Assembly: GCA_019456165.1 (NCBI GenBank)
Contig: VRUJ01000020.1
Location: forward strand, 1,703-65,702
Source of the DNA: Chloroflexota bacterium
GTDB lineage: Bacteria; Chloroflexota; Anaerolineae; Anaerolineales; UBA11579
Direction: 5' to 3'
Length of the DNA: 64,000 nucleotides
In this document: piece by piece, positions 1 to 9,532 of the stretch
Layout: each line of letters opens with the position of its first letter
How positions within the stretch are numbered: the stretch's first letter is position 1
Notes under the pieces: model-generated
The model's input: the letters and a program-made list of their open reading frames with translations, nothing else
Told to the model about the DNA's origin: nothing
The model's database searches: none
Made by a program: the position numbers and the translations under genes

Positions 1-76
1 TCGCATCATACCCCGTACATTGACCGATGACAGAATTTGTACAACCAGGTGCAGAGCATGCAATATTGACATTCAT
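1..76 (-). CDS. 5' end of a CDS that runs off the window edge. Cys-rich N-terminus (MNVNIACSAPGCTNSVIGQCTGYDA...), product unknown.
   Basis: ATG at 76-74 on the minus strand, with GAGGAG 6 nt upstream (plus-strand CTCCTC at 83-88). The frame is open to position 1. Too short to assign a family. Confidence 0.3.
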   Translation of the reverse strand, partial: MNVNIACSAPGCTNSVIGQCTGYDA

Positions 77-383
77 TTGATTCTCCTCACAATTTGCACG
101 GTGGGTAATTTCATGTGAAATTACCCTTTTCTTAATATTATCACAATTTAAGTATTATTTTGGAGAAATGAAATATAAGATTATCTAAACCAACAATACC
201 AGAATATTGAATGAATAAATCGTAATAAAAAACTGATAGTTTGGGCGACGAAATGCAAAACTCCTAATCAAATCATCCTGATCGAGATTCACAATTCTTA
301 ATTCACAATCCATGTTCCTAGTCATCAACCGCTTAGCGCGCCAAATTTCAACTGATGGAGGAATTTAATTTTCGAGAATTAAG

Positions 384-3029
384 CTAAGCTCCCTCTTCTT
401 TTTCCTCCCCCTCCCCCTCCTCTTCTCCACCCTCCTCCTTATCCTCCAAAAAACGTTTCTGCCACTCGTAGAGCTTGTTGAGCGCTTCGATGGGGCTGAG
501 CGCGTTCATGTCTATCTCGGAAAGTTCATCCAGCAGCGGGTTGGTCTCCGGGAAGAGCGCAATCTGCTTGGAGGCGCTGCCGTCCAGGCGCACCGCGCTG
601 CCTGAGGAGGCTTCCAACTCCATCAGGATTTCCTCGGCGCGCCCCACCACCGGCCTGGGCAGCCCGGCCAACTGCCCCACGTGAATGCCGTAGGACTGGT
701 CCGCCCCGCCGGGGATGATCTTATGCAGGAAAACCACCTGCTTATCCGCCTCGCTGACCGCCACGTTATAGTTGCGCACCCCCGGCAGCAGGTCTGAGAG
801 CTGGGTGAGTTCGTGGTAATGCGTGGCGAAAAATGTCTTGGCGCGCAGCTCCGGGTGGTTGTGGATGTACTCCACCACCGCCCAGGCGATAGAAAGCCCG
901 TCATAGGTGCTGGTGCCGCGCCCGATCTCATCCAGGATCAGCAGGCTGCGCACCGTGGCGTGGTGCAGAATGTTGGCCGTCTCCACCATCTCCACCATAA
1001 AGGTGGACTGCCCGGCGTGGATCTCGTCCTGCGCGCCGATGCGGGTGAAGATGCGGTCCACCAGGCCGATGCGCGCCGAGGCCGCGGGCACAAAACTGCC
1101 CATCTGCGCCATCAAGACGATCAGCGCCACCTGCCGTAAATAGGTGGACTTACCGCTCATGTTGGGGCCCGTGATGATGCGCACGATCTCGCCTTCTTCC
1201 AGGGAGGTATCGTTGGGCACAAAGCGTTCTCCGCTGGGCAAGGTGTGCTCCACAACCGGGTGGCGGCCTGCGTGGATATCCAGCACATATTCATCCAGCA
1301 TCTCAGGTCGCTGGTAGCCCTGCATTGCGGCCACTTCAGCCAATCCGGCTAATACATCTAACTGGGCTATAGCCCGCGCCGTGCTTAACAGCCTGGCGGC
1401 AGAACTGCCCAGCCGCTTGCACAACTCCCGGAAGAGGCGCGCTTCGATCTCGCGGATGCGTTCCTCGGCGGAAAGCACCTGCGACTCGTAATCCTTCATC
1501 TCCGGGGTGATATAGCGTTCGGCGTTGACCAGGGTTTGTTTGCGGATGTAATTTTCGGGCACGTCATCTATCTTGCCCTTGCTGACCTCAATGTAATAGC
1601 CGAAGACCTTGTTGTAGCCCACCTTGAGGGTTTTGATGCCCGTGCGTTCGCGTTCGCCACCTTCAAGATTAGCGATCCAATCGCGCGCCTGTTTGGAGGC
1701 ATCCAAGACCCCATCTAGCTCTTCCGAGAAGCCGGGGCGGAACACGCCCACATTTTGCAGGGTGGCGGGCGGCTCTTCAGTCAAAGCTCTAAGCAGCAAG
1801 CTAAGCTCCTCGCTGCACGGGTCGCAGGCTGAGAGAAGTTCGGCCAGAGGGCCGTTCCCGTCGGGTAGTAAACCTAATAAGTTGGGCAATAATTCTAATG
1901 TGGCGCGCATGGCGACCAGATCACGCGGGTTTGCCATGCCTCCCACGATGCGGTTGGTCAGGCGTTCCAGGTCACCGAGCGGTTTTAGAGCTTCACGCAT
2001 CTCAGTGCGCAGAAGACCGTCATCGAAAAAGAATCCCACCCCGTCTTGGCGCTTGGCGATGGCTGGCACATCCAGGAGGGGTTTACTCACCCACTGGTGC
2101 AGTAAACGCCTGCCCATCGGCGAGACGGTATTATCCAACACGCCCAGCAGCGAGCCTTTGACTGCCCCGCTGCGGATGGTCTCGGTGAGTTCCAGGTTGC
2201 GGCGCGTGCTGGCGTCCAAGGTCATGAATTCGGTCAGGTTGTACATACTCAACCCGGTTAACAATTTAAGAGCGCCGGGCTGCGCTTCTTTGAGATATTG
2301 CAAGATTGCGCCCGCGGCACGCACCGCCATTGGCGCTGAACGCATACCAAACCCATCCAAAGAACTGACCTCAAAATGAGATTTTATGGTTTCTTCACAG
2401 CGGCCAGGTTCAAAATGCCAGGCAGGCCATGCGGTCTGGTGACCGGGCAGACCGTCGTTGGTCAGATGGACCGATTCGGGCAGCAATGTTTCCGCGGGGT
2501 GCAGGCGGTTCAGCTCTGCGCGCACAGCTCCAAGCGCATCATCTGATTGCATTGCAGTCGCCGCGAATTCACCCGTGGTTATATCCACGTAAGCTACCCC
2601 CGCATGTTTATCCTCAATCACGACCGATGCCAGGTAATTATTGCCATCTCCGGGCAGCAGGCCGGGTTCAACTATCGTACCCGGTGTGACTATGCGCACA
2701 ACGTCCCTGGGCATCAAACCATTGACCGGTTCATCCCCAATTTGCTCGCAGATCGCTACGTGGTAGCCGCGCTCGATCAATCGGGAAAGGTAGTTTTCTG
2801 CGGCGTGGTGTGGAATTCCCGCCATCGGTACGCGCGTACCTTTGCCCACATTGCGTGAGGTGAGTACGATATCTAAGACTCGGGAAACATTTTGGGCGTC
2901 TTCGTCGAATGTCTCGTAGAAATCACCCAGACGAAAGAAAACGATCACATCCGGGTATTTACTTTTAATATCCAGATACTGCCGCCTTACGGGGCTGACT
3001 TTTTCTTTCGCTTTACCCTTTTTCGCCAT
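384..3029 (-). CDS. mutS: DNA mismatch repair protein MutS
   Basis: 881-aa ORF. Walker A GPNMSGKSTYLRQ, STFMVEM and FATHYHEL motifs, and N-terminal mismatch-binding GDFYE. Unusual Glu/Gly-rich C-terminal tail. Confidence 0.97.
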   Translation of the reverse strand: MAKKGKAKEKVSPVRRQYLDIKSKYPDVIVFFRLGDFYETFDEDAQNVSRVLDIVLTSRNVGKGTRVPMAGIPHHAAENYLSRLIERGYHVAICEQIGDEPVNGLMPRDVVRIVTPGTIVEPGLLPGDGNNYLASVVIEDKHAGVAYVDITTGEFAATAMQSDDALGAVRAELNRLHPAETLLPESVHLTNDGLPGHQTAWPAWHFEPGRCEETIKSHFEVSSLDGFGMRSAPMAVRAAGAILQYLKEAQPGALKLLTGLSMYNLTEFMTLDASTRRNLELTETIRSGAVKGSLLGVLDNTVSPMGRRLLHQWVSKPLLDVPAIAKRQDGVGFFFDDGLLRTEMREALKPLGDLERLTNRIVGGMANPRDLVAMRATLELLPNLLGLLPDGNGPLAELLSACDPCSEELSLLLRALTEEPPATLQNVGVFRPGFSEELDGVLDASKQARDWIANLEGGERERTGIKTLKVGYNKVFGYYIEVSKGKIDDVPENYIRKQTLVNAERYITPEMKDYESQVLSAEERIREIEARLFRELCKRLGSSAARLLSTARAIAQLDVLAGLAEVAAMQGYQRPEMLDEYVLDIHAGRHPVVEHTLPSGERFVPNDTSLEEGEIVRIITGPNMSGKSTYLRQVALIVLMAQMGSFVPAASARIGLVDRIFTRIGAQDEIHAGQSTFMVEMVETANILHHATVRSLLILDEIGRGTSTYDGLSIAWAVVEYIHNHPELRAKTFFATHYHELTQLSDLLPGVRNYNVAVSEADKQVVFLHKIIPGGADQSYGIHVGQLAGLPRPVVGRAEEILMELEASSGSAVRLDGSASKQIALFPETNPLLDELSEIDMNALSPIEALNKLYEWQKRFLEDKEEGGEEEGEGEEKEEGA

Positions 3030-3084
3030 AACCCCATTCTAAATTGAGGGGACAGATTCAGCAAGGTGAATTGACCTCTATTTG

Positions 3085-3106
3085 ACAAGGGGTTTAAACC
3101 CCTTGT
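3085..3106. repeat. Perfect 22-nt palindrome ACAAGGGGTTTAAACCCCTTGT (copy 1 of 2)
   Basis: Read directly in the mutS/apgM divergent intergenic region. An identical copy lies at 40584-40605, and an extra half-site CCCCTTGT at 3133-3140. Confidence 0.9.
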
Positions 3107-3136
3107 TACACATTTTTACCAGTAGTATTAATCCCC

Positions 3137-3164
3137 TTGTATTATGGTCTACTGATAATATAAT
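3137..3164 (+). promoter_or_regulatory. Candidate sigma-70-type promoter for apgM (-35 TTGTAT, -10 TATAAT)
   Basis: TTGTAT at 3137-3142, a 16-nt spacer, and TATAAT at 3159-3164, about 50 nt upstream of the apgM ATG. Confidence 0.35.
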
Positions 3165-3213
3165 AGATACAAACTAAATTGGGGCTGAAATTCGCCCTCA
3201 CTTCAGGTAAACC

Positions 3214-4422
3214 ATGCATTTCGACTACATTACACCATTACTAAAAGACGCGAAGAGCAAGATTGTGCTGCTAATCCTGGATGGGCTGGGAGGCCTGCCC
3301 ATAGAACCTGATGGTCCAACCGAACTGGAGGCAGCCACTACTCCCAATATGGACCGGCTGGCTGCGGAAGGCACCCTCGGCCAGATCATACCCATCCGCC
3401 CAGGCATTACGCCGGGTTCTGGACCAGCACATCTGGCCCTCTTCGGCTACGACCCACTCGAATATATTGTCGGACGAGGCGCGCTTGAGGCGAGCGGGGT
3501 GGGCATGCAAATCAACCCAGGAGATGTGGCTGTGCGCGGGAATTTCTGCACATTGGGCGCAGACGGAAATATCAGCGACCGCCGTGCCGGGCGTATTCCT
3601 AGCGATGAGGCCGCACCGCTGGTAGAAAAATTGAAGTCGATCAAAATTGAGGGTATTGAAATTGAGATCAAACACCTCAGAGAACACCGCTTTGCGGTTG
3701 TAATGCGCGCTCCGGGTTTAGACCCAGCAATTCAAGATACGGACCCCCAACAAACTGGCCTAACCCCCTTTCCCGCAAGAGCGACTCATAAAAATGCTGA
3801 GCCAACCGCAGACATTTTCAACCACTGGATCGCTGAAGCAGGTGTATTGTTAGCCGACCAACCAAAAGCAAACGGAGTGACTCTGCGCGGCTTTGGCAGC
3901 GATCCAGACCTTCCTAAATTCAAATCAATCTACGGACTCGAGGCTGCATGTGCGGCTGTCTATCCCATGTATCGCGGCGTTTCCAGATTGGCTGGTATGC
4001 AAGTGTTAGAATTTGACGGAGAATCTCCTGCTGAAGAATTTGCCGCGGCTTCAAATGCCTGGAATGATCACGATTTTTTCTTTATCCACATCAAGAAAAC
4101 GGATAGCAAAGGCGAAGACGGAGACTTCCCCGGAAAAGTTGAAATCATTGAAAGTGTGGATGCCGCGCTCACTGACTTGCTTAAACTCAACCCGGATGTG
4201 CTCATCATCACCGGAGACCATTCAACTCCTGCGCGTATGCGCCAGCATTCTTGGCACCCAGTTCCTCTGCTATTGTGGGCCCCCAAACTCGGTCTGGCCG
4301 ATAGGCAATCCTCATTCGGAGAGCGCAACTGTGCCATGGGAGGCCTGGGAATTTTCCCAGCAACAGAGATAATGCCATTAGCCCTGGCACATGCAGGCCG
4401 TTTGAATAAGTTTGGTGCATGA
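3214..4422 (+). CDS. apgM: Cofactor-independent phosphoglycerate mutase, archaeal ApgM type (alkaline-phosphatase superfamily)
   Basis: 402 aa. N-terminal ILLILDGLGG and C-terminal ITGDHSTP metal-site motifs typical of ApgM. Confidence 0.88.
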   Translation: MHFDYITPLLKDAKSKIVLLILDGLGGLPIEPDGPTELEAATTPNMDRLAAEGTLGQIIPIRPGITPGSGPAHLALFGYDPLEYIVGRGALEASGVGMQINPGDVAVRGNFCTLGADGNISDRRAGRIPSDEAAPLVEKLKSIKIEGIEIEIKHLREHRFAVVMRAPGLDPAIQDTDPQQTGLTPFPARATHKNAEPTADIFNHWIAEAGVLLADQPKANGVTLRGFGSDPDLPKFKSIYGLEAACAAVYPMYRGVSRLAGMQVLEFDGESPAEEFAAASNAWNDHDFFFIHIKKTDSKGEDGDFPGKVEIIESVDAALTDLLKLNPDVLIITGDHSTPARMRQHSWHPVPLLLWAPKLGLADRQSSFGERNCAMGGLGIFPATEIMPLALAHAGRLNKFGA

Positions 4423-4440
4423 ATACCAAAGAGGTAGATT

Positions 4441-4893
4441 ATGAATGATTCCGAAATCCACGAATTCCTGTTGAGACATATCCAGTCTATCCGAGAAAAC
4501 GACCTCGAGGCTTACCACGCCACAACAAGTGAGGAATTGACCTTATACGAGTGGTGGGTGACCCCCCACCGCATTGATGGCCTCCCCTTCCACGATTTTA
4601 TGATGACCGAGAATGAACGCCGTGGCTCTGTTTTTGGTACCGAGACAACAGGAGATGATAAAACTAAAACCAATACGCGTTTTGACCTGGCGAACCTGCA
4701 TATCCAACGTTATGGTAATACTGCTATCGCCAGCTACACTCTTTTAACCAGCAGCGGTCTTGCAGACGGAGTTAAGGTGGCTTCTCACAACGAAAGCCGT
4801 GTAATAGTGAATATCGACGGTGATTGGAAAGTTGTGCATGTACATAAATCCCCCTCATGGCTTTCTGCACATATGCCGACGACCGAAGTGTAA
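4441..4893 (+). CDS. NTF2-like / SnoaL-like (DUF4440-type) small protein
   Basis: 150 aa, GAGG RBS, 19 nt after apgM. C-terminal DGDWKVVHVHKS strand pattern typical of NTF2-fold proteins. Confidence 0.7.
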   Translation: MNDSEIHEFLLRHIQSIRENDLEAYHATTSEELTLYEWWVTPHRIDGLPFHDFMMTENERRGSVFGTETTGDDKTKTNTRFDLANLHIQRYGNTAIASYTLLTSSGLADGVKVASHNESRVIVNIDGDWKVVHVHKSPSWLSAHMPTTEV

Positions 4894-5017
4894 ATCAACA
4901 TCGATTCGGAGTACGTAACTGATCCCGAGAATAATGGCTAAAAATAATTGTGATATTTGCTGGACTTAATTTAACCTAAATTAAATTTATAATCATCACG
5001 ATAAGAAGGAGATAAAA

Positions 5018-5527
5018 ATGGACGCAAAAGAGATCGTTAGGTTGTTAATCCGTGTAATTCATATTCTTGCAGGAGTAGTGTGGGCCGGAGGATTGATCAC
5101 CATGGCAAGATTTATTTCCCCAGTTGTGGAGGCAATTGGTGAAGCAGGTAAAGAATTTATGGCGGAAATGAACCGCCGTCGCATATTCCAAATTACTATG
5201 TCCTCAGCGGCGGGTTTAACCATTCTATCTGGGCTTGTTATGTACATTTCAAAATATGAGAGATTGGCACCCCTAACTACTTTACAGGGCTTGGCAATAA
5301 CTGCAGGAAGTCTGTTTGGTATATTAGCTTTCGCAACCGCATCTATGATGCAAAGTCGCAGTCTCACTCGTTTACGGTCAATCAGCCAGGAAATCGGAGC
5401 GAGCGGCGGTCCCCCATCACAAGAGCAAGCTGCTGAGATAGAATCACTCCAAGAGACCATAGCAAAAGGCGGCGCACTTGCAACAATCTTTATGGTCCTT
5501 TCAGTGATTGGAATGGCTCTCAGTTAA
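5018..5527 (+). CDS. Integral membrane protein (about 4 TM helices), function unknown
   Basis: 169 aa with a strong RBS AAGGAG 7 nt upstream. Four hydrophobic segments, the first with HILAGVVWAGG. Confidence 0.7.
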   Translation: MDAKEIVRLLIRVIHILAGVVWAGGLITMARFISPVVEAIGEAGKEFMAEMNRRRIFQITMSSAAGLTILSGLVMYISKYERLAPLTTLQGLAITAGSLFGILAFATASMMQSRSLTRLRSISQEIGASGGPPSQEQAAEIESLQETIAKGGALATIFMVLSVIGMALS

Positions 5528-5571
5528 TTCTTCTAGCGATTTTGGACCGGGGCACTAGAAGGAGAGCAGCC

Positions 5572-6213
5572 ATGCCGGAACAATTATTTTCCCCACGCCT
5601 CAGTGGATATCTTGATTCGCTAATACCCTCGCGCCCCGCAGAAATGCAGGCGATGGAAGCGTATGCCAAAGAAGTCGGTTTCCCGATTATCGGACCAGCT
5701 GCCGGACATTTGTGTTATCAGATTACAAAAATGATAAACGCAAAACAAGTGTTTGAATTAGGTTCAGGTTATGGGTATTCTACTGCTTGGTTTGCAAAAG
5801 CGGTGCAAGAGAATGGTGGAGGCAAGGTTTTCCATGTAGTTTGGGATGAGCAGCTTTCAAAGAAAGCGCAGACGCATTTAACCAATTTGGGATATCAGGA
5901 CATTATTGAATATCGCGTGAGCGAGGCGGTAAAAGCCCTGGAAGAGACAGATGAGACTTTCGACCTGATCTTCAATGATATAGATAAAGAGTCTTACCCA
6001 TCCGCCTTTGACGTTATTGATACAAAATTGCGCAGCGGTGGCGTCTTGATAGTAGACAACATGCTTTGGAGTGGGAGGATCTTTGATTCAAATGACTATT
6101 CCGCAGCCACTCAAGGGGTTAAGGAATTTACCGATCACATCACAAGCGATCAGGGATGGATTTCCAATCTAATACCAATACGTGATGGTTTAATGGTTGC
6201 CTATAAAAAGTAA
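5572..6213 (+). CDS. Class I SAM-dependent O-methyltransferase (caffeoyl-CoA OMT-like family)
   Basis: FELGSGYGYST SAM-binding loop and IFNDIDKESYP motif. Start moved to the ATG at 5572 because AGGAGA lies just upstream; the ORF track starts at TTG 5542. Confidence 0.85.
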   Translation: MPEQLFSPRLSGYLDSLIPSRPAEMQAMEAYAKEVGFPIIGPAAGHLCYQITKMINAKQVFELGSGYGYSTAWFAKAVQENGGGKVFHVVWDEQLSKKAQTHLTNLGYQDIIEYRVSEAVKALEETDETFDLIFNDIDKESYPSAFDVIDTKLRSGGVLIVDNMLWSGRIFDSNDYSAATQGVKEFTDHITSDQGWISNLIPIRDGLMVAYKK

Positions 6214-6317
6214 CATACTTGTTACGCTACTGATACGTCATATTTACCAATCTATGGCACACTTAGCATGTGCCGTAGTTTAATTTAAATTGGGAGACGG
6301 CTGTTGAGAGTAACGTA

Positions 6318-6728
6318 ATGAATCCAGAACCAAAAAATGATGCCCCATTGCCGCCAACCGCGTTCTTGATCGTTAATAGTCAAGTTTTTCCTCTCACTCG
6401 TGATTTGATCAACTTAGGACGCAAGTTAGATAACCACATTGTTATTCATGATCCGCGCGTCTCCAGGAACCACGCACAGTTGCGGTATATTGAAGGCCAT
6501 TTCGTAATTTTAGATCTTAACTCAACAGGAGGAACTTTTGTAAATGGCCAGCGGGTTACTAAAAGTATGCTTTATGCAGGTGATTCTATTTCACTTGCTG
6601 GAATTCCAATAAAATTTGTACAAGACGCTCCCAAGATGATAACGCAGGCAATGGATCGTACTGGACCGCTCCCCGATCTGAGATACGAAGAACCTCCAAC
6701 CCAAAGAATAGATTCTCCAAAAACGTAA
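6318..6728 (+). CDS. FHA domain protein (paralogue A)
   Basis: 136 aa. GR..DN.IVI.DP.VSR.HA ... NSTGGTFVNG is the canonical FHA core. Confidence 0.85.
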   Translation: MNPEPKNDAPLPPTAFLIVNSQVFPLTRDLINLGRKLDNHIVIHDPRVSRNHAQLRYIEGHFVILDLNSTGGTFVNGQRVTKSMLYAGDSISLAGIPIKFVQDAPKMITQAMDRTGPLPDLRYEEPPTQRIDSPKT

Positions 6729-6834
6729 TTTCTTTTAATATTTACTTGGAATTATTGCTGCTGTAATAGTTATTTTTAGGGGCAAGTATCAGACTCCCCA
6801 CTATTTTATATTACCGCTATAAATAATTTCCCGG

Positions 6835-9327
6835 TTAATTTGTCAAGAGATCTGCAATGTGATCTGCAGTCATAAGTTTTCCGAATAGGTAACCCTGGGC
6901 TTCGTCACAGTTATTCTTTTTCAAAAACTCGAGTTGCTCATTTGTTTCCACACCTTCTGCTAATACCTGCAGGTTCATGCTTTGGGCTAACGAAATAATC
7001 GCTGACACGATAGCCTCAGAATCTTTATCCTGTGAGATTCCTTCGATCAGCGATCTGTCAATTCTTAGTTTATCAACCGGTAAACGTTTTAAGTGACTCA
7101 GAGAAGAATATACTGCTCCAAAATCATCCAAGGATAAGATCACACCCAACTCTTTAAGATTGAGAATGGTTGAAACCGCATTTTCAACATCATCTAATAG
7201 GACAGTTTCTAGCAATTCCAATTCGAGTTTATCAGGAGGAAACCCCATAACCTCTAAAACTTTCTCAACCTTTGCACTCAGGTTCCTGCTCCCGACCTGG
7301 TGAGCGGAAAGGTTTACTGCTAATCGGCCGGGAGATAAGCCAGCCCTTTCCCACTCTCTCATCTGCGCGATTCCTGCACTTAAGACCCAATCGTCGATTG
7401 CCCCCATCATGCCAAACTCTTCCGCATACTTAAGAAATTCCTCCGGTCTTAATACTCCACGTTCAGGATGCAGCCAGCGAACAAAAGCTTCCACTCCTGC
7501 AATGGATTGATTTTTCACCTGCATAATGGGAACATAAACCAAATCAAATTCTTCTCTCTCCAACGCATTTCGCAATTCCATTTCTAATTGCAAAATATCG
7601 ACAGCTCTGGCATGAACTTTTGGATCGAATAGCACATAGCGTGCTTTTCCATGTTGCTTTGCCTGATACATTGCTGTGTCCGAATCATGCAGGAGATTTT
7701 CCGGATTGTTATATCCTATCGTACTCAACGTAATTCCAATACTTGTGCTGATATACAACTCTTGCTTTTTGATAATAAAAGGAGCTTCAAAAGCATCCAA
7801 TATTTTCTCGGCCACCTCCCTGGGATATTCTTCATTCTCCATATCATCTAGTAAGATTGTGAACTCATCCCCGGCGATACGAGCGACAAGGTCATTTGGC
7901 TGCAAATAAGTTTTAAGCCTGCTTCCAATTTCTATCAATAATTGATCTCCAGCATTATGCCCCAGGCTGTCATTCACTTTCTTGAAACGATCAATATCTA
8001 AGAATAAAACTGCGAATAGAAAGTTATGGTCTTTGGTTGCCCTGGTCACAGATGCATCCAATCGATCCATGAACTGGAGGCGATTCGGCAAACCAGTTAG
8101 GTTATCGAATAAGGCATCACGCACTAATTGTTCTTCTGCTTTTTTGCGTAGAGTTATATCAGACTGGGAACCAGCCATCCTGGTAGGATTACCTTCGGAA
8201 TCCCTAACAGCCAAACCACGGCTGTGTATCCATAGATAATCCCCATCTTTGTGCTGCAGGCGATATTCAGCTTCAAAATGAGGTATCTCATTCTGCATGT
8301 GTCTTTCCATAGCTCTTTGTAATCTTTCAATATCTTTAGGATGAACGCGTTTAAACCACTCATCCATAGAATTTGAAATCTCGCTGTCCTCATAACCTAG
8401 CATCTCTGCCCAACGGGTAGAAAAATAAACTTCCCCCGACAAAATATTGAAATCCCAAAGCCCATCGTTTACCCCGCGAGTTGCCAGGGCATAACGTTCT
8501 TCGCTTTCCTGCAGCGCAAGCTCAGCCAATTTCCGGCCGGTGATGTCTGTGAGACTGCCGCGGATGAGGGCCCGCCCAGTAGCGGGTAATTGCACCAGGC
8601 GCACTTCACAAGCTATCTCTTCACCTCCCGAACTCAAACAAATCCACTCAAATTCAACCACTTCTCCATCTAATGCAGCTTGTATCTTTTCTTGAAGAAA
8701 TTCTATTGTTTGGCTACCATCTGATTGAAATTTCGGGCTTAGCTCCACAAACCCAACTTTTAGTATTGCTTCCTGTTCTAAACCAAATAACCAGACTGCC
8801 TTTTCGTTTGCATCCACAAACCGTCCAGTGTTCGCATCATAAACTACGATCGCTTCTGGAGCATTCTCCACTAATGTACGGAAGCGTTCTTCAACTTCAC
8901 CCAACGCTTCTTCAACCCGGTTTTCGACGGTCAGATCGCGGAAGACACACATCAAGCCAGCAGAAATTTTTCCGTAGACGATCTGGCGGGTATATAACTC
9001 AATTTTTATCTCAATCCCTTCTCTGGTGAGAATTGGCAGCCTTATGGAAAATTCTGCACCCCCGTCAGCTACCTCGGCAATCAAATCATCAGCTTCAGCA
9101 CGTTGATCTGGAGGAAATAGTTCACCGATATGCTTGCCTCTGATCTCATTATTTTCATAGTGTAACAAATCAGAAAGGGAGCGATTATTGTAGACAATTT
9201 GGCCGTCCACCAATACAGCTACACCGTCAGGTAACTTATCAAGTAAGGTTTGAAACCAGCCGACCGCCTCAGGGTGATCGTCTTGATTCCCCAAAAAATG
9301 TTCAGTTTCTATTTTTACATCCCTCAC
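6835..9327 (-). CDS. Multi-PAS sensor with GGDEF (diguanylate cyclase) and EAL (c-di-GMP phosphodiesterase) domains
   Basis: 830 aa. Several PAS/PAC segments, then LTGLPNR ... RIAGDEF (the GGDEF site reads AGDEF). The EAL domain has EAFVRW, DDFGAVYSS and AEGVE..QGYLFGK. GTG start. Confidence 0.92.
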   Translation of the reverse strand: MRDVKIETEHFLGNQDDHPEAVGWFQTLLDKLPDGVAVLVDGQIVYNNRSLSDLLHYENNEIRGKHIGELFPPDQRAEADDLIAEVADGGAEFSIRLPILTREGIEIKIELYTRQIVYGKISAGLMCVFRDLTVENRVEEALGEVEERFRTLVENAPEAIVVYDANTGRFVDANEKAVWLFGLEQEAILKVGFVELSPKFQSDGSQTIEFLQEKIQAALDGEVVEFEWICLSSGGEEIACEVRLVQLPATGRALIRGSLTDITGRKLAELALQESEERYALATRGVNDGLWDFNILSGEVYFSTRWAEMLGYEDSEISNSMDEWFKRVHPKDIERLQRAMERHMQNEIPHFEAEYRLQHKDGDYLWIHSRGLAVRDSEGNPTRMAGSQSDITLRKKAEEQLVRDALFDNLTGLPNRLQFMDRLDASVTRATKDHNFLFAVLFLDIDRFKKVNDSLGHNAGDQLLIEIGSRLKTYLQPNDLVARIAGDEFTILLDDMENEEYPREVAEKILDAFEAPFIIKKQELYISTSIGITLSTIGYNNPENLLHDSDTAMYQAKQHGKARYVLFDPKVHARAVDILQLEMELRNALEREEFDLVYVPIMQVKNQSIAGVEAFVRWLHPERGVLRPEEFLKYAEEFGMMGAIDDWVLSAGIAQMREWERAGLSPGRLAVNLSAHQVGSRNLSAKVEKVLEVMGFPPDKLELELLETVLLDDVENAVSTILNLKELGVILSLDDFGAVYSSLSHLKRLPVDKLRIDRSLIEGISQDKDSEAIVSAIISLAQSMNLQVLAEGVETNEQLEFLKKNNCDEAQGYLFGKLMTADHIADLLTN

Positions 9328-9532
9328 AGGTCCCTAAATTAAGTGAAATATACTACATTAACCATACAATTTTATACCTTTTATCATTTTAATTGTATAC
9401 GGCTTTAGTACCAGAGACGATTCAGGGTGAAATTAAATAATTAAAATTATTATTATTGGTTCGCATTTCACCGCTCAATATATTATAATAGGTATAGTTC
9501 TTCAGGATATTCGAAATATTAAATTCAACACG

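Noticed and set aside
1624-2379. 251-aa plus-strand ORF, together with other ORFs of 60-110 aa between 475 and 2858, overlapping mutS in antisense or in other frames.
   Set aside because: They lie entirely within the well-supported mutS CDS. Their products are Arg/Ser/Pro-rich low-complexity strings typical of off-frame translation of GC-rich DNA, and they have no RBS.
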